From the NCBI GenBank assembly GCA_965209155.1, contig OZ242383.1:2496001-2560000 (forward strand): a stretch of DNA of 64,000 nucleotides, given 5' to 3'. Source of the DNA: a bacterium. GTDB lineage: Bacteria; SAR324; NAC60-12. Positions 54,964 through 64,000 of the stretch are shown one piece after another. The translations under genes and the position numbers were made by a program. Below the pieces are notes generated by a model. The model ran no database searches. It was not told where the DNA came from and saw only the letters and a program-made list of their open reading frames with translations. How positions within the stretch are numbered: the stretch's first letter is position 1; the number at the start of each line of letters is the position of its first letter.

Positions 54964-56268
54964 TCAATAATCACCGGTTTGGGGGTTATCCAATTTCAAT
55001 ACCCGACTCAAGGATATGCTTTTGATTTTATGCTCAATCACCTGGTGACTCACGGCTTCATAATGTCGCATGTTAATGGCCACGCTGTTTCCAATGTAGG
55101 CTCCTGCTTCTTTATTCGTGAATCCGCATGCTCCGATAAGAACAACGGTATTGAAATAAGTCCGTAAATCTTTCAGTTGTAAATTCTTTTGAATGCCGGC
55201 ATTTGCTTTCAGGGCAATCCAGGCTCTGGATAAATTATCGATTCTCGTGTAGTGCTCCCTTCGTATCCCATTTTCCAATCGCGTTTCACTTTTTGGAAAA
55301 ACGAATCGGGCAGGAACCCGTTCTTTTCGTAATAATTTTCGGGAAGCATCACGAACCAGGACATGACCAAAAACCTCGGGAGGTTGGGGTTGAGCCTTCA
55401 ACACGTCAATCGCTTGAGGAAAGAGTCGCACCTCTTGTTCTTTTCTCCACTTGGGAGTCCATCCGACTTCATCTTTGGTAGGGCACTTCGGTTTGATGCG
55501 TATAGACCAGGTCCCTCGATCCAAATCGAAATCATCCCATTCCGCATGCAAGACTTCTCCGACTCGAGCCCCCGTAAAAATTAAAAATTTAACAATGGCC
55601 TGGATCGGGGTAAAGTAGCGACTGCGTTCCTCATAGTAGGCAGTCAAGAGTGCTTGAATTTCAGATTGGTCAGGAATTCGATCACGGACGACTCCCATTT
55701 TCTTGGGAATCTTCACATTTTTAACAGGATTCTTCATGTCGATGATTTCCATGTCCACAATCAACCAATTGAATAATTTGTGGAGCGTTTTTTTGTATTG
55801 TTTCAGAGTCGCTTCCGATTTTCCTGCTTTGTCCAGGATATTGAATAAATGCTGAACATCAGGGGGAGTGATTTCATCGATATAGTTTTTGCCGTTTCTT
55901 CGAAAATGGTCGAATAAATTTTCAAGAGAATAACGGTCATTATACAGGGTGGATGGCTTCTTTCTTCCTGCAGTCATTTCCAGGTACTTTTCCAGGCCCT
56001 CTGTCAGTTCCAGACGATGGACTGCAGGGCGATCAAGAACAATTTCAGGCATTTTCGCTTGATCCCATTCATCAAATTTCCCCTGTTCCAGTTCTTGCTG
56101 CTTCATATACATCAAGCGTTTGGCTTCACTCTTTTTTTTATGACAAAGCCGCATCACCCGTATGCCATTGGGTAGATAATAGGAAATGTAGTATTTGGTT
56201 CCAGTGGATCGTCTCTTCGGGTAAATACTACTGCGAGGCTCATATCCCAGGAATTGATTGTTTTTCAA
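54964..56268 (-). CDS. Tyrosine recombinase/integrase
   Basis: N-terminal arm-like region, FTGARVGE, KDLRT and IGNS....MRHY motifs. Confidence 0.85.
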   Translation of the reverse strand: MKNNQFLGYEPRSSIYPKRRSTGTKYYISYYLPNGIRVMRLCHKKKSEAKRLMYMKQQELEQGKFDEWDQAKMPEIVLDRPAVHRLELTEGLEKYLEMTAGRKKPSTLYNDRYSLENLFDHFRRNGKNYIDEITPPDVQHLFNILDKAGKSEATLKQYKKTLHKLFNWLIVDMEIIDMKNPVKNVKIPKKMGVVRDRIPDQSEIQALLTAYYEERSRYFTPIQAIVKFLIFTGARVGEVLHAEWDDFDLDRGTWSIRIKPKCPTKDEVGWTPKWRKEQEVRLFPQAIDVLKAQPQPPEVFGHVLVRDASRKLLRKERVPARFVFPKSETRLENGIRREHYTRIDNLSRAWIALKANAGIQKNLQLKDLRTYFNTVVLIGACGFTNKEAGAYIGNSVAINMRHYEAVSHQVIEHKIKSISLSRVLKLDNPQTGDY

Positions 56269-56278
56269 TGTAAAACTC

Positions 56279-56590
56279 CTAATGATTCCGGTTAATCTTC
56301 ATTTGGTTATCGATGAACGTTTTCACGTCTTCTTCCCGTATGCGAACTTCACGGCCTACTTTCAAATAAGGCAAATCACGAGATTCGTATAAGTGATGCT
56401 TCACCGCTCTTTCTTTGCATTTCAAAATCTCAGCGACTTCCGCAATGGTATAAACCTGAATTTCAGGCTTCACGATTCGAGTCAATGCAACCCTCATCTT
56501 TTGAATGAGATGGTGTTCGGCTTCCTGTTCATTGATTGGGTGTTTCAGATCCATATGCCTTTTCTCCTTTTTTATTAATGATTCATTCAT
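56279..56590 (-). CDS. Excisionase-like HTH DNA-binding protein
   Basis: YTIAEVAEILK...LPYLKVGREVRIREEDV; directly upstream of the integrase. Confidence 0.8.
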   Translation of the reverse strand: MNESLIKKEKRHMDLKHPINEQEAEHHLIQKMRVALTRIVKPEIQVYTIAEVAEILKCKERAVKHHLYESRDLPYLKVGREVRIREEDVKTFIDNQMKINRNH

Positions 56591-56723
56591 TGATTCTCCT
56601 TATTCTTCTTAAATAATAATGGATTCTATTGTCATTCTAAAACGTGGAGGGTCCGTGGATTTCCTTAAAAAGACGAATCAATTCAGTTGCGGAATGCGCT
56701 TCCCGAAGGCAAGAATCACGCCC

Positions 56724-57592
56724 TGTCATCCCTGACTCGATCCGGGATCCAGGGAAGCGACCAAGAATCCAGTTTGCCTTCGCGCCTTCCCCCCTTTGTG
56801 CCTCTGTGCCTTTGTGCCTCTGTGCCTCTCTTCCTTTGTGCCTTCCCCCCTCTGTGTCATTCCTGGCTCCGACCAGGAATCCAGGGAAATCGAGCAGGAA
56901 TGACATGACGAGGGAAGCGACCAGGAATCCAGGGGAAGCGATACAGACCCTGGATTCCTGCGTTCGCAGGAAGGACAAGACGAGGGACTATGGCAAGAAG
57001 GACAACTCCGCGAATCGACGGAAGGGGATCGCAACCAACCCTGGATTCCTGGTCTGGGCCAGGAATGACATGACGAGGGACTATGCCAGGAAGGACAACT
57101 CCGCGAATCGATGGAAGGGAATCGATACAAACCCTGGATTCCTGGTCGGAGCCAGGAATGACAAGACGATGGTCTGGGCCAGGAATGACATGACGAGGGG
57201 CTAAATCAGGAAGGACAAGACGAGGGCTGAACCCAGCATGACATGGCGAGGGCGGAGCCAGGAATGACAAGATGAGGGACTATGCCAGGAATGATATGGA
57301 GAGGTCTATGCCAGTATGGACACGTCAACGAGGGAAGCACCTCTCTTCCTTTGTGCCTTTGTGCCTCTCTTCGTGCCTTTGTGCCATGGCGCCTTGGCGC
57401 CAGTGATCAGTTATCGGTTATCAGTTATCAGTTCTTTCAGGAAGCACCTCTCTTCCTTTGTGCCATGGCGCTTTGGCGCCAGTGATCAGTTATCGGTTAT
57501 CAGTTATCAGTTCCTTCTCGCCACTCCTCTCTTCCCTTTGTGCCTTTGTGCCTTTGTGCCTCTGTGCCTGTCTTCGTGCCTTTCTTCCTCTC
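56724..57592. repeat. REP cluster plus octamer/heptamer arrays
   Basis: Many GGATTCC..GGAATGAC units and TTTGTGCC arrays. Confidence 0.9.
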
Positions 57593-57593
57593 T

Positions 57594-58925
57594 TCAGAAA
57601 AGACGGAGGATGCGCAGTTCGGCGCGCAGGCGTTGGTAGTCGTAGTACTGGGCGTTGGATTGGCGTTCTTCCTGGACCAGGATCAGTTGGGGGCTGAATC
57701 CGAAGAGGGTGACGGCGCGGTTGAAGACGGAGAGCTGGTAGGTGCGTGAAAGGTCCTTGCGCTTCTTGGGTCCGCGGGTGAGGTAGGACCAGTCGGGTTG
57801 GTAAAAGCTGCGGGCGACGGTGGTGGTGGCGCCGAGGTTGAAACCGAGGGGCAGGGCGTAGGAGGCGGAGAGGCTCAGTCGGGGACGCGTGAAACGATGC
57901 GAGCGCCGTTCGGTGCGTTCGTCTCCGTAGCCGAGGGTGGCGCTCAGGGAGAGGGCCGGGGTGGACTGCCAGCGTGCCGTGAGGGAGACGTCCCAGCGGG
58001 GGCCGTCGAGGTGTTTCAAATCGTCGTAGCGTCGATCGTGCCAGCTCGCCCTTTCGATGGCAACCCAGTGCGTTCCGAGGCGTTGCGCGCTTTCGAGGCG
58101 CAGGCCGTTTTCCACGTAACCCGGTTTGTTGCCCGCCCATTGCTGTCGTCGACTGGCGAGCAGGCTGAATTCCGCGTGGCGCGTGAGGATCCAACGCGGC
58201 CCCGTATGCAGGGAGAGCGTCATGCGGTTGAATTCCTGCCGGCGGTGTTCCTGCCGGCGCAGGTCGGCCCCGGCGCGCCAGCGGGCCTGCGGAGTGAGGG
58301 GATACTCGTATTCGGCGCCTCCCCAGACGATGAGGCCCACCCCAGAGGAGGGTCTCGATTCGTCATCCACCCGGAAGGGCAGTCCGTAAAGCCAGACGAT
58401 GTCCGCGCTCGTGGCGGTATTGACGTTGCTGTCGGGAGCGAGAGCGAGTCCGAATTGCCCGTCCCAACGACGGCGGGCGCGGATGATGTCGAGGAAGCTC
58501 TGCACGTTCTTGACCACCGCTTCCGGAGGATCGCTGGCCAGAACGCGTTCGAAATGATGCCGGGCGAGTTGGTCGTCTCCTGCATGGAAGAAGGCGCGAG
58601 CGAGTTCGAGACGCGGACGGGGAAGATCGGGATGGCGAATGAGAATAGAACGGAAGCGCGCGATGGCGGAGGGCCAATCTTTACGCTGCATGGCGATCAG
58701 GCCCTGCAGGAAGTCCAACTCGTCGAGGTTGCCCTCGTCCGCCTCGATTCCTTCAAGCAGGAATTCGGCATCGTCGAGTTTGCCGGCGTCGAGGGCCTTA
58801 CGCGCCGCTTCGAAGAGGGTTTCGTTGGAAATTGCCGGCTGCGATGACTCTTGAGCCACTGCTGGGAACGGCAAAATCGTGATGAGCAGGAGCATTGCCG
58901 CCAACCCTAAAATCCAGCGGCTCAT
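57594..58925 (-). CDS. Surface lipoprotein assembly modulator (Slam / DUF560 family) outer-membrane protein
   Basis: Signal peptide, TPR region (RLELARAFF), LAPDSNVN, barrel ending SNAQYYDY...LRLF. Confidence 0.85.
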   Translation of the reverse strand: MSRWILGLAAMLLLITILPFPAVAQESSQPAISNETLFEAARKALDAGKLDDAEFLLEGIEADEGNLDELDFLQGLIAMQRKDWPSAIARFRSILIRHPDLPRPRLELARAFFHAGDDQLARHHFERVLASDPPEAVVKNVQSFLDIIRARRRWDGQFGLALAPDSNVNTATSADIVWLYGLPFRVDDESRPSSGVGLIVWGGAEYEYPLTPQARWRAGADLRRQEHRRQEFNRMTLSLHTGPRWILTRHAEFSLLASRRQQWAGNKPGYVENGLRLESAQRLGTHWVAIERASWHDRRYDDLKHLDGPRWDVSLTARWQSTPALSLSATLGYGDERTERRSHRFTRPRLSLSASYALPLGFNLGATTTVARSFYQPDWSYLTRGPKKRKDLSRTYQLSVFNRAVTLFGFSPQLILVQEERQSNAQYYDYQRLRAELRILRLF

Positions 58926-58942
58926 GTCGCCCCTTTACGATT

Positions 58943-58982
58943 GAAAAGAAAGAAGCGCCCGCTCCGAAAAGGAGTGGGCGCT
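58943..58982 (-). terminator. Intrinsic terminator between the lipoprotein and slam genes
   Basis: 12-bp GC-rich stem followed by TCTTTCTTTTC on the minus strand. Confidence 0.7.
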
Positions 58983-59015
58983 AAACTAGTTCGTTAACAC
59001 GTCAGATGAATATTT

Positions 59016-60941
59016 CTAATTACGTTGTCCGCCAAAGGCGCCGCTGAACGCACCGTCCTTGTTACCATCCGAAGTGAAATTAAATACACCACCTGTCTCT
59101 TCCGCCTTGGTTCCGAAGAAGCCGCCGCTGAAGGAACCGTTGAAGGTGCCCTCCACGTCCAGACCACCGCCGGTGGCAGTGGCTTTGTCCCCGGAGAACG
59201 TGTTACCAGTGATGTCACCCGTTAGCGTGGCCAAGTCGGTGAGTGTAGCTGTGATCGTTTCCTTCCCGAAGTCGGCCGATACCGATGCCGGTCCAGTAGT
59301 CAACCTAATAGCCCCGTCACCCTCCGAATCAGACTCCTGGATGGTCGCGGCCCAGTTGCCTGAGTATGTCGCATCGCCGTTGTTCGGCATGTCGGAACCG
59401 GTCATCCCGTCTCCGATACTCTGGACAAAGCCGATACCGAGTTCGTCGGGAACCTGAGCACCGTTCTTAGCGGCATCTCCGAGGCTGGCCCAGACTCCGA
59501 AATGCACATGGTCGTATGCGGACCTCACGGGAAGTTTGGCCGTCACTTGCACCAATTCGTCGCCTGCGGTCCAACCACCAGAAGCAACACCAGCAGCAGT
59601 AGCTTCAGGCTCTAAAACGCCGGTGTCAGTATCTCCATCGCGGTTGACCGCAACACGAGTCTGCACACTCTGATAGGTGACAGTGGTAACTCCGCCAGTA
59701 ACCGTCCTAGTATTCTCCACTACGTAGACTTTGTGACCAGCAGTGTTCTTATAGGAGTATACCATCACCGGCTTGGCGGTTGCACTCACTGTGTCGCCTG
59801 CCTGTACCGGATCAGCTCCGCTAGTGTCCAAGCCTAACGGCTGAAGACCAGCCACTACGGGGTCGCTCTCAGCACGATAGAACATGCCTTCAGATTTCAA
59901 GGAAGCTTCTGCGTCGTATTGACCAGTGGCACCAGGATCTGTTCCAGTTGGTGCTGAGGCACCAATTGCATAGTACGTCTTCCCGTCGCTGCCTGTATAA
60001 GTATGCAGGTTAGTTGTAGCACCTGACGCTTGCTCATCATACACTCGCACGGTATTTGTGCCGGTATGGTGCGTGATGAGTAACAACCGGGCCGCATCGT
60101 TGGAGGTGTCGAGCTCCTTACCGATCTTGATGGTGCCGCGTGACGCTGCGTTGACCATGGGAGACTTGTAGATGGACGCGTCAGTCAAGCTTCCGTCCAT
60201 CGGCGCCCGACCATTGGTCGTTGCACCCGCTGTCATCGGCTCGTCAATCAGACCGGTTTCCGTCGTCTGTCCGTTGGCGGTCACTATATAATTTCCAGTC
60301 GTGGCATCGACCATCGAATCACCGACGCTCTTGACGGTGTCGTCGATCTTCAGCAAATCATTGGCAGCCATCATCGCCTTATCACGGGCATCCTCGGCAG
60401 CCTGCTGGGCCGTTTCGGCATCCGCTTGCGCGATCTCGGCCTTGATTGCAGCCCTGATGGCCGTTGCCACATCTGTGGCCGCCTGCGCCGCATCAGATTC
60501 CATCTTGGCGGTATTGTAGGCTTCCATCGCGTCATCGTACGCAGTATTGGCAGCGTCAAGATACTTATTATAACCAGCGTCGCCGGTTTGTATGCTCGCG
60601 AGATTCGCTCCTGCCATGGCTGCTGCTTCGGCTGCCGCCTTCGCCATATCGGACGCCGTCATGGCGGCATCCATTGCATCGGAAGCATCCATCTGGGCTA
60701 CTTCGAGGGCAGTGGCCGGTACGGGTTCCGGTACTACCGGCTCAACAGGTTCGGGTTGCGTTACATCGGGGGTTGTCGGTTCCGCGTCATCTCCCGTGGG
60801 GGCGCAGGCACTGAAAAGAGCCACTGACGCAATCAACAAAAAGATCCCCAACCACGTCTTGAGGTTCAACTTCCCAAGGGAAGCAAACAATTGGTTTTCA
60901 CCGGGTTCATTTTTTATTTTTTCTCTCATGTCTTTCTCCAT
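59016..60941 (-). CDS. Lipoprotein with an Ala-rich helical region and a C-terminal TbpB-like beta-barrel
   Basis: Lipobox LFSAC; ATYSGNW...ADFG...GGFFGTKAEETGGVF...GAFGGQR. Confidence 0.8.
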   Translation of the reverse strand: MEKDMREKIKNEPGENQLFASLGKLNLKTWLGIFLLIASVALFSACAPTGDDAEPTTPDVTQPEPVEPVVPEPVPATALEVAQMDASDAMDAAMTASDMAKAAAEAAAMAGANLASIQTGDAGYNKYLDAANTAYDDAMEAYNTAKMESDAAQAATDVATAIRAAIKAEIAQADAETAQQAAEDARDKAMMAANDLLKIDDTVKSVGDSMVDATTGNYIVTANGQTTETGLIDEPMTAGATTNGRAPMDGSLTDASIYKSPMVNAASRGTIKIGKELDTSNDAARLLLITHHTGTNTVRVYDEQASGATTNLHTYTGSDGKTYYAIGASAPTGTDPGATGQYDAEASLKSEGMFYRAESDPVVAGLQPLGLDTSGADPVQAGDTVSATAKPVMVYSYKNTAGHKVYVVENTRTVTGGVTTVTYQSVQTRVAVNRDGDTDTGVLEPEATAAGVASGGWTAGDELVQVTAKLPVRSAYDHVHFGVWASLGDAAKNGAQVPDELGIGFVQSIGDGMTGSDMPNNGDATYSGNWAATIQESDSEGDGAIRLTTGPASVSADFGKETITATLTDLATLTGDITGNTFSGDKATATGGGLDVEGTFNGSFSGGFFGTKAEETGGVFNFTSDGNKDGAFSGAFGGQRN

Positions 60942-61091
60942 AGCAGTTGTTCATCAGCTTGAGAATGACTATTTCCATCAATTATTTCAATGACTTATAA
61001 ATTATCCATTCATTCAATTATCCTCTCTGGTAGCTATTGGGTAGCAATGTCTTTAAAATCTTCCGTGTTTTGATTATCATTTTTTATAAAG

Positions 61092-61710
61092 GGGAAGGCA
61101 CAAAGGCACAAAGGCACAAAGGCACAAAGGGGGGAAGAAAGGCACAAAGGCACAGAGGCACAAAGGCACAAAGGGAAGGCACAAAGGCACAAAGGCACAA
61201 AGGCACAAAGGAAAGATTGGTGACTCGTGAAGGAACTGAGAACTGATCACTGACCACTGATAACTGGCGCTAAAGCGCCACGGCACAAAGGCGAGAAGAG
61301 AGGCACAGAGGCACAGAGGCACAAAGGCGAGAAGAGAGGCATACTGGATTCCTGGTATCGGATCGAGTCCGGGATGATTCGGAGTCCGCGGTTTGTGCTG
61401 GTTTCCCTAGATTCCTGGTCGAAGCCAGGAATGACACAAAGGAAGAAAGGCACAAAGGCATACTGGATTCCTGGTACCGGATTGAGTCCGGGATGATCCG
61501 GGGTCCACGGTTTGTGCTGGTTTCCCTGGATTCCTGGTCGGAGCCAGGAATGACACAAGGAGGGAAGACACAAAGGAAGAGAGGCACAAAGGAAGAGAGG
61601 GGTGGCGTGAAGGGAATGATCACTGATAACCGATAACTGGCGCTAAAGCGCTATGGCACAAAGGCGAGAAGAAAGGCACAAAGGCACAAATGCGCAAAGG
61701 AAGAGAGGCG
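61092..61710. repeat. Octamer/heptamer/REP composite arrays
   Basis: Same families; includes inverted copies of the 32690-32910 unit. Confidence 0.9.
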
Positions 61711-61945
61711 TGTGACCTGCAACCTTATTATTAAAGCGCAATCCTTCATTCATTTTTAAGGTATTTTGACGTGGTTTCAGCAAACAGTTACAAAATTTAT
61801 GGAAATTTGGAGACTTATAAGAAATGCCGGAAGCCCGGATAATCCGCACGTCGGAAGGATTGTTCTGAAATTACGCAAAGTAAAAATATTGAGAGAATGC
61901 AAAATGCAAACCATTAGTGCTTGTTTTTTTTATTTTAATTGATTA

Positions 61946-62104
61946 TTATTTTAATACGTGGTTTGGGACCGACAACTTGGGGATAAAAATTCTCCGAGTT
62001 GCTTTATAATTTTATAATTGTAGTTCGTTATGAAGTCTCATTCCACTGATGTTATTTTAATACGTGGTTTGGGACCGACAACTTGGAGATAAAAATTCTC
62101 CGAG
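61946..62104 (+). repeat. 53-bp direct repeat (61946-61998, 62052-62104), part of a 106-bp tandem duplication
   Basis: One mismatch between copies. Confidence 0.8.
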
Positions 62105-62115
62105 ATTCTTTTTAA

Positions 62116-63789
62116 CCTAAATCCTGCAATTAGATGACAAACAAAGATGGAAATGGTAATATACTCAAATAGTTAACAACAAATTCAACATTTTGAGAGA
62201 TCACCATTTCCATGCAAAACAAAGTTAGCACAAGATCGGCAAGAACGAAAGCAAAAAACATCCATATCCGCCAGGGAGGCAGAGACCTGACAGCGCAAGC
62301 AGGCTTGATTCCGGTTGTTAAATTTTTTCACAAACACGGGATTGTTTCGAAGACAGAGCAGAGCATAGATCATCAGCGTGGCGCCACGAGTCTTTATGAC
62401 GCGGTGGACATGGTCATTTTATCGGTGGTTGGCATTATTGGTGGCGCCCGTTCGATTCGTTCGATTGTAACAGTTTGGAACGACCGTGTATTGAGTCGTG
62501 CGGCCGGTTGGTTGAGGATTCCGGATGAAACCACATTCGGTCGCATACTGCGTACTTTCACACAGAAAAACATCCATGAGATGGAGAGCTTGAACCATCG
62601 GATTCGAGCCGGTATCTGGCGCAAGGCGCTTCGAAGTGGAACAAGCAACGTTGGGGGGTTACGCCGTCTTGTGATTGACGTGGACTCCACTGTGAAAACG
62701 GCCTATGGCAAGCAACAAGGAGTGTCTGTCGGATATAATCCCCACAAACGCGGTGCCGCTTCGTATCATCCTCTGTTGGCATTTTGCGCAGAGACCAAGG
62801 AGATTCTTCAGGGTTGGCTTCGTGACGGGAGTGCCTATACCAGCAATGGAGTCGTTGAATTCATGCGACAACTTCTTGCTCAGCTTCCGAATCGGACTCG
62901 CACTCTGTTTCGTGGAGACAGTGGTTTTTTTGTGGGGGATTTGCTGGATTTCCTCGACGAACGAGGCCATGGCTACCTGATCAAGGTCAAACTCAAGGGG
63001 CTCGTGTCGTTATTGGAAACGCAAAAATGGCAAAAAGTGAAAGGGCAGCCCGCTTGGGAAGGGTGTGAGTTTTACCACCAATGCGAAACTTGGGGCGCGT
63101 CAAGAAAATTCATGGCCGTACGCAGGGAGAAAGAGGAGGAACTCAAAGAAATGGCCACCCTCTTTGAGATGAAGGAGTACGATTATTTTTGTTATGTTCT
63201 CACCGATGCGCTCACTCCCTGGCAGGCTCACAAAGAGTATGGCCAGAGGGCCGCCGCTGAGACATGGATCGAGGAAGCAAAAAATCAAACCGCGCTGGCT
63301 CAGATTAAAACCGATGATTTTTGGGCCAACAGTGCCTTGTTCCAATGCGCGATACTCGCTTACAACATGATGCGCTGGATGGCCCTTTGTAGTGGTAATG
63401 CAATGCTGCGTCGTTGGGAACCGGCCACCATGCGCACCTATCTTGTCCGAATGGCAGGAAAATGGACGAGTGGCGCTCGTCAACAAAAACTGAGAGTTCC
63501 AGAAAGAACACTTTACCATGCTCAATGGGATGCATGGGTCGCGGTTGGAGAGACCTAGCTCCTTTGTTTCACTCCAGTGGAAACGTTTTGCTGAGATGTC
63601 GATCCCCAAATCCAGGGAGAAGTACGTCTTGAATGCGGATCATCACAAAATATGACGATCTAATGGAGGGCGGAAAAACCTTTATGAGCAAGGACTGATG
63701 GAAATTCAACTCTCAAATCCTTTTTTTTTAAAAAATACTGTCAAAGAGTGGGGGAAACTCAATCAAAATATGCAATTGCAGGATTTAGG
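62116..63789 (+). mobile_element. IS1380-family insertion sequence
   Basis: 16-bp perfect TIR CCTAAATCCTGCAATT; 5-bp TSD TTTAA at 62111-62115 and 63790-63794. Confidence 0.93.
62212..63558 (+). CDS. IS1380-family DDE transposase
   Basis: IDVDST, YHPLLAF, RGDSGF and YGQRAAAETWIEEAK motifs. Confidence 0.92.
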   Translation: MQNKVSTRSARTKAKNIHIRQGGRDLTAQAGLIPVVKFFHKHGIVSKTEQSIDHQRGATSLYDAVDMVILSVVGIIGGARSIRSIVTVWNDRVLSRAAGWLRIPDETTFGRILRTFTQKNIHEMESLNHRIRAGIWRKALRSGTSNVGGLRRLVIDVDSTVKTAYGKQQGVSVGYNPHKRGAASYHPLLAFCAETKEILQGWLRDGSAYTSNGVVEFMRQLLAQLPNRTRTLFRGDSGFFVGDLLDFLDERGHGYLIKVKLKGLVSLLETQKWQKVKGQPAWEGCEFYHQCETWGASRKFMAVRREKEEELKEMATLFEMKEYDYFCYVLTDALTPWQAHKEYGQRAAAETWIEEAKNQTALAQIKTDDFWANSALFQCAILAYNMMRWMALCSGNAMLRRWEPATMRTYLVRMAGKWTSGARQQKLRVPERTLYHAQWDAWVAVGET

Positions 63790-63814
63790 TTTAATTTTAT
63801 AATAGGAATTGCAT

Positions 63815-64000
63815 ATGAAGTCTCATACTACAAAATTAAATCAAAACGTACAAAAGGTAATTTGCGATGCTCTTGAAAGAGGGCATTCGCTTTCGACTGC
63901 AGCGGCAATGGCGGGAGTATCGGCGAGATCTGCGCTAAGATGGAAGGCACGAGGACGAGCAGAGGATAAGCGCCTGGACAATGACTATAATTTGCCGGTG
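63815..64000 (+). CDS. HTH-containing protein, partial (runs off the window end)
   Basis: MKSHTTKLN..VQKVICDALERGHSLSTAAAMAGVSARSALRWKARG. Confidence 0.55.
   Translation, partial: MKSHTTKLNQNVQKVICDALERGHSLSTAAAMAGVSARSALRWKARGRAEDKRLDNDYNLPV

Noticed and set aside
57798..58847. 349-aa plus-strand ORF
   Set aside because: Antisense shadow of the GC-rich slam gene
61946..62104. Mini-CRISPR or att-site pair
   Set aside because: Better explained as part of a 106-bp tandem duplication interrupted by IS1380

Overview
Bacterial chromosome window. Housekeeping and metabolic genes (peptide/nickel-type ABC importer, PhyH dioxygenase, aldehyde dehydrogenase, ggt, frmA, mfd, ppk1, frdABCD, tandem rlmH, lapB-like, lon, apt, mtnA, ltaE, fdx, cyaY) sit in an unusually dense matrix of non-coding repeats. 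These are AAAGGCAC octamer and ATAAC(T/C)G heptamer arrays joined by a fixed linker, GTCATTCC..GGAATCC REP-like palindromes, and at least three hairpin/MITE families. The right half (about 38-64 kb) is accessory: two paralogous autotransporters (one broken by an antisense 2.0-kb group II intron), HicAB and a decapitated PemK-type module, a REP-flanked GIY-YIG pseudogene, a tandem TIR-domain operon, an Xis/integrase pair, a Slam plus TbpB-like lipoprotein pair, and an IS1380 element. The most striking unexplained element is a 565-bp cassette seen five times (two full, three damaged). It has IS200-like hairpin ends but no transposase, and carries a four-helix-bundle (Avd/IVS-protein-like) gene enclosed in its own long inverted repeat. 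All family calls come from motif recognition by eye; no searches were run.
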